DNA from: Isurus oxyrinchus
Taxonomy: Eukaryota
NCBI GenBank assembly: GCA_026770705.1
Contig: JANJGN010000052.1
Location: forward strand, 3,534,001 to 3,598,000
Length of the DNA: 64,000 nt
Direction of reading: 5' to 3'
Made by a program: the position numbers and the translations under genes
Shown: in pieces, positions 39,391-53,021 of the stretch
Layout of the letters: every line of letters starts with the position of its first letter
Position numbering within the stretch: position 1 is the first letter of the stretch
The notes under the pieces: model-generated
What the model was told of the DNA's origin: nothing
Databases searched by the model: none
Seen by the model: the letters and a program-made list of their open reading frames with translations, nothing else

Positions 39391-39619
39391 TGCACTGTAA
39401 ACTTGTTGTGATACTGTAACTGCCTCTTTGGTTTCATTCAGCTGAATCTTCAGCTCTTCAGTCTCTTCCTTGTATCTCTTGCCTTCCTCCTGGAACATTG
39501 GACATGGTTGGGTCTTCCCTGCCAACTGTTTCTTCAGTTTGCTCAGAGCGGCACAGAATTCGCTTTCTTTCTCTTCAGGATTTTCCAGTGGAACCAACTC
39601 TGACCTGAGGGACACTTGC

Positions 39620-40761
39620 AGCCTGTGAGGATGCTTCAATTCTTCAAACTCATTCCGAGATACACTCTCATATTCCCCCAGCAACTCAGCAACTCCTCCA
39701 GTGAAACATTTCAGAGCAGCTGAGCTTGGTTTTCTGGAACCAGTCTCGGCCCAGAAGACTAGGGCCCTCACCTGTCGCTATGATCACTGGAAGCTGGGCT
39801 GTCTGCTGCCTGTAGGACACAGGTACTGGGACCAGGTCCTTTCCCTGTATGGATTCTCCAGTGTGTGTCTTCAGCTGATCCATTGTTTGCTCTAAATTCA
39901 GCGTCTGGGTTCCTTCATTTAGCTGTTTAAATGTGGGCTCTTCCACCACTGTGTCTGAGGCTCCCGTATCTGCCCCATTACTAGTGGCTGCCCATTCACT
40001 TGGGTTGTGATGGTTATAGGTTCAGTTTTTACCACTGTGACATTGGACAGGGAATAGACATCGGTATCAGCAGCTTCAGGCTCTGTGATATTATTCACTT
40101 CCATCATGTTGGTGCACTGCCTGATGGGCTGTCTCCATTTCACCCTGCATTGCTTTATTACCCACCCCTTTCTTGTGGCAGTGATGGCATTCTGCCCCCT
40201 TGAACCTGCAGGTGTCCGGTACGAGCTCAATGCCCCCCACATCGAGAACAGGCCAACTTCGGAGTTGCTGCTGAAATACTCCCACGAAGCCTTTTAGTTT
40301 CTGGAGCGGCAGAGACTGTCTCTCGCTTGGCGGCTGTCTCTCTCTCTCTCTCTCCAGTTTGAGCCTCACGCCCGGTGGTTGGTTCCTGTCCCAGCTGAGG
40401 ACTGGCGCCATGTTGTACATCCTGTAAATCCCGCCAGTCTCTCCCAGCACTTTCCATGCCTGGCGCTATTTCCATGGTGCGCTTCAAATCGATGTCGGCT
40501 TCTGCGAGTAAACGGCTCTGAATGGCGTTGGGGTGAACGACACAAACCAATCGGCCCCGCAACATGTCATTGAGTGTGTCTCCGAGGTCCCAGTGCTCAG
40601 TCACCTGCTTCCACTTCACTGTATAGGTTGCGATGGACTCTCCCTGGGCCCTTACTCTGGAGTTAAACTTAAACCTTTTCATTATTACCCACGGCATCAG
40701 CTGAAAACACATCTTCATGAGGTCGACTAATTGGTGAAAAGATTTAGAATTGGGTGCAATG
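39620..40761 (-). mobile_element. Degraded Ty3/Gypsy gag-protease fragment
   Basis: KRFKFNSRVRAQGESIATY, LNDMLRGRLVC, CSRCGGH / CRFKGAECHHCHKKG knuckle, VNGQPL, GEGPSLLGRDW. Confidence 0.85.
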
Positions 40762-41030
40762 CACGTCACTGTCTTCAGCTCTGAGACTGTCAATCCTCAC
40801 CAAACAATTCTTCCCTTCCAAGTCGCCGATTATTTTAGCACGTCCCACGAATGTGGGATCTTTGGTGTATGTGATGGTATATTTCCATCTATACCAATAT
40901 TTATACCAAGCTCCGTGCAGTGCTGTGTAAGAGTGGGAAGGAAAGTCAAAGCTACACGGAATAACCACACAAGAGCTGCTGATGGCCCTCCGAGGCAGCG
41001 CCTTCATAGACCATCCCTCTGACGTCACTC
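40762..41030 (-). pseudogene. Siglec gene C, MAG/sialoadhesin-like V exon truncated before strand F
   Basis: cctttcAG acceptor. GVTSEGWSM..SSCVVIPCSFDFP..LHGAWY..FVGRAKIIGDLEGKNCLVRIDSLRAEDSD then runs into Gypsy gag sequence; stop at 40744. Confidence 0.85.
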
Positions 41031-41089
41031 CTGAAAGGCAACAAGGGAGGGGACTGAACATCAAAAAGCAGAATATTACTTCAATGGAG

Positions 41090-41530
41090 AGAAGTATGCG
41101 GTACAGAGGGATCTGGGTGTCCTTGTACATGAATCACAGAAAGTCAGCATTCAGGAACACCACGGAATGAGGAAGGCAAGTGGAATGTTGGCCTTTATTG
41201 CAAAGGGATGGAGTATAAAAGGAGGGAAGTCTTGCTACAACTGCACAGGGCGTTGGTGAGATTGTATCAGGAGCAGTGTGTACAGTTCTGGTCTCCTTAC
41301 TTAGGGAGGGATAGACTCTGCATTGGAGGCAGTTCAGAGGAGGTTCACTGGGCTGATTCCTGGGATGAAGGGGGTTTGTCTTATGAGGAAATGTTGAGCA
41401 GGTTGGGCCCTGTATCCATTGGAGTTTAGAAGAATGAGAGGTGATCTTATTGAAACATATAAGATTCTGAGGTGGTGGGGGGTTTGACAGGGTGGATGCT
41501 GAGGGGATGTTACCCCTTGTGGGGGAATCC
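41090..41530 (+). mobile_element. CR1 LINE fragment in gene C intron 1
   Basis: MEYKRREVLLQLHRALVR..CVQFWSPYL RT-tail motif; close reverse-complement match to the array CR1 piece (~8375-8755). Confidence 0.85.
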
Positions 41531-41779
41531 TGTGAAGCAATAAGGATGTTTTACTGCATTAAAGGTGCTATATAAATGCACTGTCATTCCTATTGAAACA
41601 AGCTCTCTGATGCACAAACAGAAAATGCTGGAAAAACTCAGCAGGTCTGACAGCATCTGTGGAGAGAGAAACAGAGTTGGTGTTTCGAGTCCGTATGAGG
41701 CTTTTGCTTTTGCTATATTCTCTGACTCGCTATTCACTCACTCTCTGTGTGATCACTAACCCTGTTCTCTAAAATTAAA

Positions 41780-41985
41780 TGTTCACTTCCTCACTCCAGG
41801 AAAGGATCCAATTCCCTGATTTCCGATCAGTAATGAATTTGTACCTTGCAGCAAGCTGATGAAGATCAATATCAGACCGACCTCTCCCATCTTCAGTTCC
41901 TCATCTAAATGGAAATGATAAAGACAGAGACTTTTTCAGAAATTGTCCCCAGTGTTTCTTCCTCAAACAACAACTTGTGGTTAAA
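41780..41985 (-). promoter_or_regulatory. Leukocyte-type motifs around the gene C leader
   Basis: ETS/PU.1-like GAGGAAGTGAA (41792-41782) and GAGGAACT (41902-41895); RUNX-like TGTGGTT (41976-41982). Motif matches only. Confidence 0.4.
41845..41890 (-). CDS. Siglec gene C leader exon
   Basis: ATG..MGEVGLILIFISLLQ G|GTACAA, 46 nt, phase 1; joins in frame to the V exon at 41030. Confidence 0.8.
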
Positions 41986-42149
41986 TGGCACCTTTCAGTG
42001 AGTTAAACAGCCCCAGGGAATAAACTAATGTCAAGACAAGGAAGGAGAGATTGAGAAGGGACATCGCAAACCGATTCACCAAACACGGCAAAAATTCATT
42101 GTTCCCTCACTCCCTCTGCTGGGTGTCCAGCTTTTTCTCTCAGTGAGTT

Positions 42150-43550
42150 TAGTCCTCACAATATCTATCTATCGCACTCTTCTGCTCTATCTCTCTCTCT
42201 CACACACAGACATTCTCTCTCTAACACTCACAATCTCTCTCTATCGCACTCTTCTGCTCTATCTCTCTCTCTCTCACACACACATTCTCTCTCTAACACT
42301 CACAATCTCTCTCTATCACACTCTTCTGCTCTCTCTCTCTCTCTCACACACACATTCTCTCTCTAACACTCACAGTCTCTCTCTATCGCACTCTTCTGCT
42401 CTCTCTCTCTCTCTCACACACACATTCTCTCTCTAACACTCACAATCTCTCTCTATCACACTCTTCTGCTCTATCTCTCTCTCTCACACATACACACGTT
42501 CTCTCTCTAACACTCACAATCTCTCTCTATCACACTCTTCTGCTCTATCTCTCTCTCTCTCTCACACACACACATTCTCTCTCCAACACTCACAATCTCT
42601 CTCTATCACACTCTTCTGCTCTGTCTCTCTCTCTCACACACACACATTCTCTCTCTAACACTCACAATCTCTATCACACTCTTCTGCTCTATCTCTCTCT
42701 CTCTCACTCACACTTTCTCTCTCTAACATTCACAATCTCTCTCTATCACACTCTTCTGCTCTATCTCTCTCTCTCTCACACACACATTCTCTCTCTAACA
42801 TTCACAATCTCTCTCTATCACACTCTTCTGCTCTATCTCTCTCTCTCTCACTCACACTTTCTCTCTCTAACATTCACAATCTCTCTCTATCACACTCTTC
42901 TGCTCTATCTCTCTCTCTCACACACACATTCTCTCTCTAACACTCACAATCTCTCTCTATCGCACTCTTCTGCTCTATCTCTCTCTCACACACACACACA
43001 TTCTCTCTCTAACACTCACAATCTCTCTCTATCGCACTCTTCTGCTCTATCTCTCTCTCTCTCAGACACACCATTCTCTCTCTAACATTCACAATCTCTC
43101 TCTATCACACTCTTCTGCTCTAACTCTCTCTCTCACACACACACATTCTCTCTCTAACACTCACAATCTCTCTCTATCACACTCTTCTGCTCTATCTCTC
43201 TCTCTCACACACACACATTCTCTCTCTAACACTCACAATCTCTCTCTATCACACTCCTGTGCTCTATCTCTCTCTCTCACACACACACATTCTCTCTCTA
43301 ACAAATCTCTCTCTATCACACTCTTCTGCTCTGTCTCTGTCTCTAACAAATCTCTCTCTATCACACTCTTCTGCTCTGTCTCTGTCTCTCTCAAACACAC
43401 ACATTCTCTCTCTAACACTCACAATCTCTCTCTATCGCACTCTTCTGCTCTATCTCTCTCTCTCTCTCTCACACACATTCTCTCTCTAACACTCACAATC
43501 TCTCTCTATCGCACTCTTCTGCTCTATCTCTCTCTCTCTCACACACACAT
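42150..43550 (+). repeat. ~70-bp CT/CA-rich tandem repeat
   Basis: Tandem ctcacaatctctctctatcacactcttctgctctatctctctctcacacacattctctctctaaca units. Confidence 0.9.
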
Positions 43551-45285
43551 TCTCTCTGTCTCCCTCCCTCAAATACATTCTCTCTCTCTCTCAGACACAA
43601 ACACTCTCTCACACACTCACACACTTTCCCTAAAACTAACACAATCTCTCTTTCTGTCAAGCACACACTCTCTCTCACACACACACACTCTCTCTCTCAG
43701 ACACACACATTCTCTCTCTCTCAAACATTTAACATTTCTCTTCATCTCGATCTTCTGCTGTCTCTCTCTTTCTCTCCCTCGCACACACACACACTCTCTG
43801 TCACAAACACACGCTCTCTCCCACACACTCTCTCTCACACACTCTCACATGCACACTCTCTCCCTCATATACAAACACTCTCCCTCACACATGCACACAC
43901 TCTCTCTATCTCTTTTTCTCTCTCACACAGTCTCTCTGTCTCTCTCTGTCTCTCAGACACTCTCTCTCTCTCTGATACAGAATGTTTTTAAGACCTGTTC
44001 ATGATTTCAGCTCAAAACCCAGGTAGATTCTCCCCAGTGAGGGAGTGGTGAGGGAGTGCTGCACTGTCGGAGGATCAGTACTGAGGGCGTGCTGCACTGT
44101 CAGAGGGTAAGTACTGAGGGAGTGCTGCACTGTCGGAGGATCAGTACTGAACACAATGTCCATTCAGAACAGCTCGGTCCCCGATCAGAGAAACAGCCTC
44201 AGACAGAACCAACTGACGCTGGAATCCATAAAATTCATCAACGTGTTGGGAATTAGTTTGATGTCGGAGATGGAGTGTTACTGGGAAGGAGGGAACCCGT
44301 CAGGATGAACAGCTCGATGTACGACAAGGAAAGGATGAGCTAAGAGGGGTTGGCCACGGACAGACGGAGCATGTGAAGACTCAACAACCTAATGGCAGGT
44401 GAAGAGCTGGAAAGGTGTCTTTTCAACGCAAGGTTTAGACACAGAACTCGATGTTTGATCGGGTATTTCAAACCAGAGAAACTCTTTACAGGGTGAATGG
44501 ACCTGGTCAATAATCCATCCAGCCAACCTCGCCTGGAGATTAGTCCAATATTAGACACTAAACCGAGTCCCCCGTCTGCCCTCTCGGGTGGGTGTGAAAG
44601 ATTCCACAGCCACTATTTGGAGGAAGAGCAGGGGGGAGATCTCCCCGGTGTCCTGGGACCAGTATTTATCCCTCAACCAACATCACCAAAAACAGATGAT
44701 CACATTGCTGTTTGTGGGAGCATGCTGTGCGCTAATTGGCTGCTGCGTTTCCTACATTACAACAGTAACCACACTTCGAAAAAAGGGTGTACTCAACTGT
44801 AAAGTGTTCTGGGACATCCAGAGACCATGCTGTACAGAAGAGATTTGACAGGAGCAGCAAGTGTTTTACTTACAGGAGAATGAGTCCCCAGGGTTGTAGA
44901 GTCAATCCTGTCAGATGAATGTCTAACTGGAGACACTTCAGGGAGCTGATCTAATTCTGGAAATGTTCAGATTAGCAGGATCGGAGGAGAGATGATCTTC
45001 CTCTCCTGACTGCATCGGACACGAGGTGAACTGGCTCTGGGAGGAGGGTCAGTGTTAACCCAGTTTTTCTGTGTTTGAGGGAGATGTGAAACTGGGGAAG
45101 TCAATTGGTTTTTTGGTGTGGTAACTCCATGTCTTTATTTGGTGCAGCACTCATTTAGTTCATGTCGTTGTTTCAATGCTACAAAACCACAGCGCATTCT
45201 GGACTATTTCTGCCTGACCTGCTGTCAGATACACACAGTCTGACAGAGAGGCGGAAAAGTGGTCCCTAGCAACGTGTGTAACTGT

Positions 45286-48200
45286 NNNNNNNNNNNNNNN
45301 NNNNNNNNNNNNNNNNNNNNNNNNNNNNNNNNNNNNNNNNNNNNNNNNNNNNNNNNNNNNNNNNNNNNNNNNNNNNNNNNNNNNNNNNNNNNNNNNNNNN
45401 NNNNNNNNNNNNNNNNNNNNNNNNNNNNNNNNNNNNNNNNNNNNNNNNNNNNNNNNNNNNNNNNNNNNNNNNNNNNNNNNNNNNNNNNNNNNNNNNNNCA
45501 CTCTTTTGCACAAACACTCTTTCACGCACACACATGCACACACACATGCACACAAACGCACAAACTCACTCACACACAAACCCTCACACACACACAGACA
45601 CAAACATTAGCACACACACACTCACACATGCACACATACTCTCAAACACACACTGTTTTGCACAAACACTTTCTCTTTCACACACACACATACACACACA
45701 CTCTCTCTCTCACACACATGTTCTCTCTCACTCCCTGTCTCAAACACACAATCTCCCCCTCCCTCAAACACTCACACCATCTCTTTCTCGCACACTCCCT
45801 CTCTCAAACACACACACCCTCTTTCTCAAACACACACACACACACGATCTCACACACACACTCTCACATACACAAACACTCTCTCACAGACACACACTCT
45901 CTTTTGCACACACACTATCTCACACGCACATTCTCTCTATCTTTCTCTCTCACACATAAATTCTCTCTCACTCTCACAGACGTTCTCTTTCTCTCACGCA
46001 CACTCTCTCTCTCACACACACAAGCTACCTCCCTCTCTCATGCACACACACTCTACCTCTCTTTTGCTCTCTCACACATACACACTCTCAGTCTCTCACA
46101 CATACATTGTCTCTCTCTCTCACATAAACGCACTCTCTCTCTCTGAGATGGAAGGTTGGGATTTTGAGACCGTCTCAAGGTTTCAGCTTAAAATGCGGAC
46201 GGACTCTTCCCAGTGAGGGAGTGCTGCACTGTTGGAGGGTCAGTACTGAGGGAGTGCTGCACTGTCAGAGGGTCAGTACTGAGAGAGTGCTGCACTGTTG
46301 GAGGGTTAGCACTGAGGGAGTGCTGCACTTCCAGAGGGTCGGTACTGAGGGAGAGCTGCACTCCCAGAGGGTCAGTGCTGAGGGAGTGCTGCACTCCCAG
46401 AGGGTCAATACTGAAGGAGTGCTGCACTCTCAAAGGGTCAATGCTGAGGGAGTGCTGCACTGTCAGAGGGTGGGCACTGAGGGAATGCTGCTCTGTCAGA
46501 CCTGCCATATTTCAGATGACATTTGAAATTAGCAACATGCCTCATGTATAATTATATATCATCAGCTTAAAATAAATAGATTATTCCTGTACGTTTCACT
46601 TTACTGTAAATTGTTTGCAGTTTCATTTCCTTAGAAACCAGGCTTGTGTGATCACTATTTTTAAATAACGTTAATAATAAAGATGCAACAATCCACACGC
46701 ACACATATACACACACACACACACTCACTCACAAGGGTACATAGACAGACACACACTCACNNNNNNNNNNNNNNNNNNNNNNNNNNNNNNNNNNNNNNNN
46801 NNNNNNNNNNNNNNNNNNNNNNNNNNNNNNNNNNNNNNNNNNNNNNNNNNNNNNNNNNNNNNNNNNNNNNNNNNNNNNNNNNNNNNNNNNNNNNNNNNNN
46901 NNGTTAGAGTCCAATAAAAATTTAAAAGAATATATGATTAATACAATTGCTTGTCTTTGAGGTGTAGATTGTTGACGTTTGCAGCTGTTCAAGGTTAATT
47001 GGTTTCCTGTGGCATCCTGGTGGTGATTTGATTCAGATTTGCACTTTGTTGAAGATGCGCTGTTAGCTTCAGAAAGAGAGAGAGAGAGAGAGAGAGAATT
47101 TCTGCTCTTTTCCAGCAGTGTTTTTGAGTGACTGCCATCTTTCTTTTTCCTCCTACTTTCTCTTATATCTGCTTGACAGAACCTGTTGTTAAACTCCTGT
47201 CTGTATATTCCCAAAGGAAATTCGATCAGCATGTCTTGCATTCATTGTCGCAGACCAAGTAATCCCTTTTTTGATCTTTGCATCTCTGAAACATTTGATG
47301 CATTTCAAGATATAAATCAACAGGAGATGAAGGCATTTCATCCTCCACAAGAGGTTTTGAATGACTGATGAATATCTGCATGGTGAGCAGTTCCCATTAG
47401 CTTGATAGACCTACAGTGATCAGAGTCCAGCGCTTTGCATTTTTAATGGAGCCCCTGTTTCAGGTGGACCCTGACACACCTCAGTGAGAACTTTCATGCA
47501 ACATGTCTGTAGTGCAATTCATTTGAAGCTTTCCAGAGAAGTGATCAAGTTTGCAGTATCAGCAATCAGGTGACTCGTGACAGCCATTTTTGATCAATGC
47601 CTAATCTTGTACTTTTGAAAAACAGGTCCCCTAAAACAGTTCAATACGTTTTTGGCTCATTGGTTAAGTTGAAGGAAGCTCTGTTATGACATAACAGATG
47701 GTAAATGCTGAGCTGTTCAAAACCTGGAGGGAAACTTGAAACAACTGTCACAACTAATTTCCAACTTGTATGTTTTGAGATGTGGGCTTTGAATTCAGTA
47801 GTAATGAGATTAAGATGTTTAAGAGGTAATTACGGTTGGTTGAAAAAAAGGGTTTAAAATATATTTTCCCCCAAATGCAATTTCCAAAGCAAGTCTCTTT
47901 GATTGTTAAGAATGAACCAATTAAACCACGTTTGGTGGAGTCAAAGAAAGAGTAAGTTTATTAGTTACCTAACTGGAGGAAAAATAATNNNNNNNNNNNN
48001 NNNNNNNNNNNNNNNNNNNNNNNNNNNNNNNNNNNNNNNNNNNNNNNNNNNNNNNNNNNNNNNNNNNNNNNNNNNNNNNNNNNNNNNNNNNNNNNNNNNN
48101 NNNNNNNNNNNNNNNNNNNNNNNNNNNNNNNNNNNNNNNNNNNNNNNNNNNNNNNNNNNNNNNNNNNNNNNNNNNNNNNNNNNNNNNNNNNNNNNNNNNN

Positions 48201-49479
48201 NNNNNNNNNNNNNNNNNNNNNNNNNNNNNNNNNNNNNNNNNNNNNNNNNNNNNNNNNNNNNNNNNNNNNNNNNNNNNNNNNNNNNNNNNNNNNNNNNNNN
48301 NNNNNNNNNNNNNNNNNATAATTATAGAGTCCAATAAAAAAATTAAAAGAGTCGTTTGCTTGTACTACAGCGTAGGCTGTGAAGTTTGAAGCTGTTTTAA
48401 ATTAGTTGGTTTTCTGTAGATTCCTGTATTTTATCTGGCTCAGACTTACACATTGTTGAAGACATTCTGTTAGCTTCAGACAGAGAGAGAGAGAGGGAGA
48501 AATCATTTTTGCTCTTTTCCAGCAGTGTTTGTGGAAGACTGCCATATTTCTTTTTCCCCTCCTTTCTCTTATATCTGCTTGGCAGAACCATTTGTTAAAC
48601 TCCTGTCTGTATATCCCTGAAGTCAATTCGATCAGCATGTTTTGCATTCATTGTTATAGACCAAGTATTCCCATTTTTTTATCTTTGCATCTCTGAAACC
48701 TTTGATGCATTTCAAGATATAAATCAACAGGAGATGGGGGTATTGTATCCTCCACAGGGGGTTTTGAATGGTTGATGATTATCCGCTTGGTGAGCAGTTC
48801 CCAATGTTTTGATTGAACTACAGCTGATCAAAGTCCAGCACTTTACATTTTAATGCCTTCCTTTTAAGAGTGTCTCTATTTGAAGTGGACCCTGACACAC
48901 GACAGGCGTGAACTTCCATGCAACAGGTCTGCAGTGCAATTCATTTGAACCTTTCCAGAGAAGTGATCAACTTCACAGTATCAGCAATCAGGTGACTTGT
49001 GTCAGCCATTTTTGATCTGTGTACAATCTTGTATTTCTTTGAAAAACAGGTCGCTTTTAGACAGTTCAATATGTCTTTGGTCTCTTAGTTAAGTTGTAGG
49101 AAGCTCTTAATCGCAGTTTGTTGTCATTGGGATATTGTCTTTGTGTGTGTGTTTGTGTGTGTGAGTGAGTGTGTGAGTGAATGTGTGTGTGTGAGTGAAT
49201 GTGTGTGTGTGTGTGTGAATGTGTGTGTTTGTGTCTGTCTGTAAGTGTGTGACCGTGTGTATGTGTGTTTGTGTATGTGTGTGTGCGTGTCTGTGTGTGT
49301 GTGAGTGAGAGTGTGTGTGTGTGTCTGTGTGTGTCCCTGTGTGTTTGTGNNNNNNNNNNNNNNNNNNNNNNNNNNNNNNNNNNNNNNNNNNNNNNNNNNN
49401 NNNNNNNNNNNNNNNNNNNNNNNNNNNNNNNNNNNNNNNNNNNNNNNNNNNNNNNNNNNNNNNNNNNNNNNNNNNNNNN
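45286..49479. other. Gap-rich assembly segment
   Basis: N runs at 45286-45498, 46761-46902, 47989-48317 and 49350-49479. Two related LTR-like copies lie at ~46903-47690 and ~48318-49110. Confidence 0.95.
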
Positions 49480-50779
49480 ACAGAGTGAAACCTCCTTGAC
49501 TGTGGCCACTGTGTTTAACATTTAAGCCACACAGACAGGATGTGGTTAAAAGGTGAAACCACAAGGAGTGAGTGTGTTTCTCAGTGACTGTCTCTCTGTG
49601 GGTTTCCTGTGGGTTTCTGTGAACTGCCTGTGGTTTTAAAAAAAATCTTCCAACCCCACATGCACAGCATCAAATAAGGATTTGGAAGCTGCAGCTCAGA
49701 GAGTAACTAGTCCCCCGAGAATTCACAGCCCCTCAAACACAGATTAACAGCATTAATCCTGACCGTCAGCCCACTCACTCATTGCCTCTTGTCTCAGACA
49801 CTAGAAAGTGGAAGTTAAGGCCGGATTTTCACTCCCGGGTCGGGGGTCACAGAGACGGCAGGAAAAAATAACAAAATAGGTCTCGAGCACACAGAGCTCC
49901 AAGGGAAGGGTCGTGCTGCAGCTAAGGTGTGAGACATGGTACATTCCCCGGATGCAGCATTGAGGCTTGTATGTCTACACAGCTGATGTAGGTGCACATG
50001 GAACACATGTGAATGAGCACTGTGATGCACACACACCCTGGAGAGTAATATCCCTCCATGCACTACATATCAGGCTAACATCAACTCATGTTGTCATTGC
50101 TGACCAACAGGGTTGAAGCAGGTCACAGAGACGGCTCATCTTAAACCCCTCGATTAGATCACCCCTTAATCTTCGAGACTCGAGGGAACACAAGCCTGGT
50201 CTGTGCAACCTGTCCTCGGGATTTAACCCTTTCAGCCCCGGGATCGTTCTGGTGACTCTGCACAGCACCCCCTCCAAGGACAATATATCCTTCCTAAGCT
50301 GCTGGACCCAGAACTGAACCCAGTGACACCAGATTGGGTGTGCAGGGACCTTAATAAAACTGTGCCAGACACTTCAAAAATCTCTTCAATTCAACCTTGT
50401 AAACGCAGTAGGAAAAATCCCACGGGGCCATTGTATCTTAGCAACATCGTAAACTTGGCCAAAAGAATCCCCCTGGTCACTCCTGAGTGTTACTTATATT
50501 GTAAACACAACGTTTCCAGCTCCTCCAGTCTCTGAGAAGCAAAACTAGGACACTAAAGCACCACCACTGGTAGGAGGCTGTAATTACAGTGTGACATGTT
50601 TACATGGGAATGTTCCATTACCAATGACACAGGAATTTAAATAATCAGAAGGACATGTGACAACAGGAAGTGGTGCCTTGGAGAATGGAATTATTCACTA
50701 GAGTATGTATTTAATTTGATAAAAATGTACAGAAATATCAGGGCATTTTAATTGCTTCTTTTTTGTATTCATTCACTGA

Positions 50780-51835
50780 CACTGGCTAGGCCAGAATTTA
50801 TTGCCCATCCCTAATTGTCCTTGAGAATATGGGGGTGAGCTGCCTTCTTGAGCTGCTGCAGTCCCTGTGGTGTATGTACACCCACAGAACTGTTTGGGAG
50901 GGTGTTGCAGGATTCTGACCCAGCGACAGTGAAGGAACGGTGATATATTTCCAAGTCAGGATGGTGAGTGACTTGGAGGGGAACTTCCAGGTGGTGGTGT
51001 TCCCATGTGTCTGCTGCCCTTGTCCTTCGAGATGGTAGTGGTCATGTGTTTGGAAGGTGCTGTCTAAGGAGGCTTGGTGACTCCCTGCGTTGCATCTTGT
51101 AGATGGTACACACACTGCTGCCACTGTGCGTCAGTTGTAGAGGGAGAGAATGTTTGTGGACGGGGCGCAAATCAAGCGGGGCTGCTTTGTCCTGGACGGT
51201 GTCGAGCTTCTTGAGTGTTGTTGGAGCTGCACTCATCTAGGAAAGTGGAGAGTATTCCATCACTTCTGACCTGTGCCTTGAGGTTGGTGGACAGGCTTTG
51301 GGGAGTCAGGAGGTGAGTTACTCACCACAGGATTCCCAGGCTCTGGCCTGCTCTTGTAGTCACAGTGTTTATATGGCTAGTACAGTTCAGTTTCTAGTCA
51401 TTGGTAACCCCCAGAGTGTTGATAGTGTGGGATTCAGCAATGGTGATGCTATTGGACATTAAGGGGAGATGGATATATTCTCTCTGGTCGGAAATGGTCA
51501 TTGCCTGGCACTTGTGTGGCATGAATGTTACTTGCCACTTGTCAGGCCAAGCCTGGATATTGTCCAGGTCTTGCTGCATTTGGACATGGACTGCTTCAGC
51601 ATCTGATGAGTCATGAATGATGTTGAACGTTGTGCAATCATCAGCGACCTTCCATAATTCTGACCATCTGATAGAATAAATGTCATTGATGAAGCAGCTG
51701 AAGATGGTTGGGCCTAGGACACTACACTGAGCAACTCCTGCAGTGATGTCCTGGAACTGAGATGACTGACCTCCAACAACCACAACCACCTTCCTTTGTA
51801 CTTGGTATGAATCCAACGAGTGGAGAGTTTTCCCT
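50780..51835 (-). mobile_element. CR1-type LINE 3' fragment
   Basis: GVAQCSVLGPTIFSCFIND, VADDC, MQQDLDNIQAW, KLDTVQDKAA motifs. Confidence 0.85.
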
Positions 51836-51859
51836 GTGACATGACATGGCAGATGATGT

Positions 51860-52730
51860 GTGCTTGGTGCTCCAAATCCACAAGGGAAAATTGGTCATGC
51901 TATCACAATAGTTTTGCAATTTGTATATATTACAAGAAGTGTGCACTGAATTCAGGAGTAATGAGTTGACCACAACCTTTAGAGATTTTAAAAATTCAAT
52001 TAAGATATTTATTAACAAAATAAACGATTTCAAGCACAGACATAATACCACGGTTAGTTACAGCTAAAATATATTCTCAAATTCCTAATTAACCTGACTC
52101 CCAGTTACAGAGCCTGTTTAAGGCAACAGTCCAAAATAAGATTTTAGATTAAAAACAAATCCAGCGAGTTAACACAGCACACACTTGACACTGGAATTCT
52201 AAATGGATTTCTCCAACTTTATTTACTGAACATAACAGACTTATGCACAAATGCCTGGAGGCTTCTTCAAGCCTGTTTCACACACTCCTGTTAGATCTTA
52301 CATGGCCCCCAACATAGCCTTTCATTCTCCTTTATACATGTTTCTCTCTCTTTGATGTGTAAATTCTTTGGAACTGTACCTTTCCCATAATATAAACTTT
52401 CATGTTGCCAATATTGTCAATGAAGTTTGGGTAAAATTAAAAAAAAAACTCCTTAGCTTTGCTTATTGGGCTTGTCCTAAACAGACCAACATCCCTTTGA
52501 AATCTAAACAGCCCCTTCACACCTTACATGCTAAGGCAGCCTCCATGTGTTCTCATTAGCATTTCAAGTACATTTCTACATCTAGCTTCTTTTGATAATC
52601 TCAAACTTGCAGTGTACCTGTCTCCAGATGTAATTAAACTACACAGACAGACCCATCTACACTCACACCCAGAAACCTAGTTTACAACAAACCAGGAAAA
52701 TATTAAGCAAATTATTATACTTTCGTACCA
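51860..52730. mobile_element. Solo-LTR-like repeat, same family as 3840-4745
   Basis: Collinear similarity with 3840-4745. Confidence 0.6.
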
Positions 52731-53021
52731 CCCCTGATTCACATTGACTCCAGTTTTACTCGGGATCCTAGATGCCACACTCGGTCAAATGCAGACTTGA
52801 TGTCAAAGGCAGTCACTCTCACCTCACCTTGTATTAACAGATGTTAAATTATACATAATTCATAAGCTTCTCACAATCTTTTACAGCATGGAAAAAGGTG
52901 CAGCATTCAGAAAGCTCAGTTAAAACCAATAAAAAAAAGTTGAGCAACATCATATTTGTGTTCATTACTATTTGGCCATGTTGGCTGCACACACCCCACA
53001 GCCCCGCTCCCTGTTTCACAC

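Noticed and set aside
39395-39620. Coiled-coil-like minus-strand peptide as a host exon
   Set aside because: Sits between retroelement pieces with no convincing splice sites; more likely another retroelement fragment.
40762-41890. Assigning MAG, CD22, SIGLEC1 or CD33 symbols to genes A, B or C
   Set aside because: Family membership is clear, but orthology needs a phylogeny I cannot run.
45160-49564. ORFs spanning X runs
   Set aside because: Artefacts of N-gaps and CA microsatellites.
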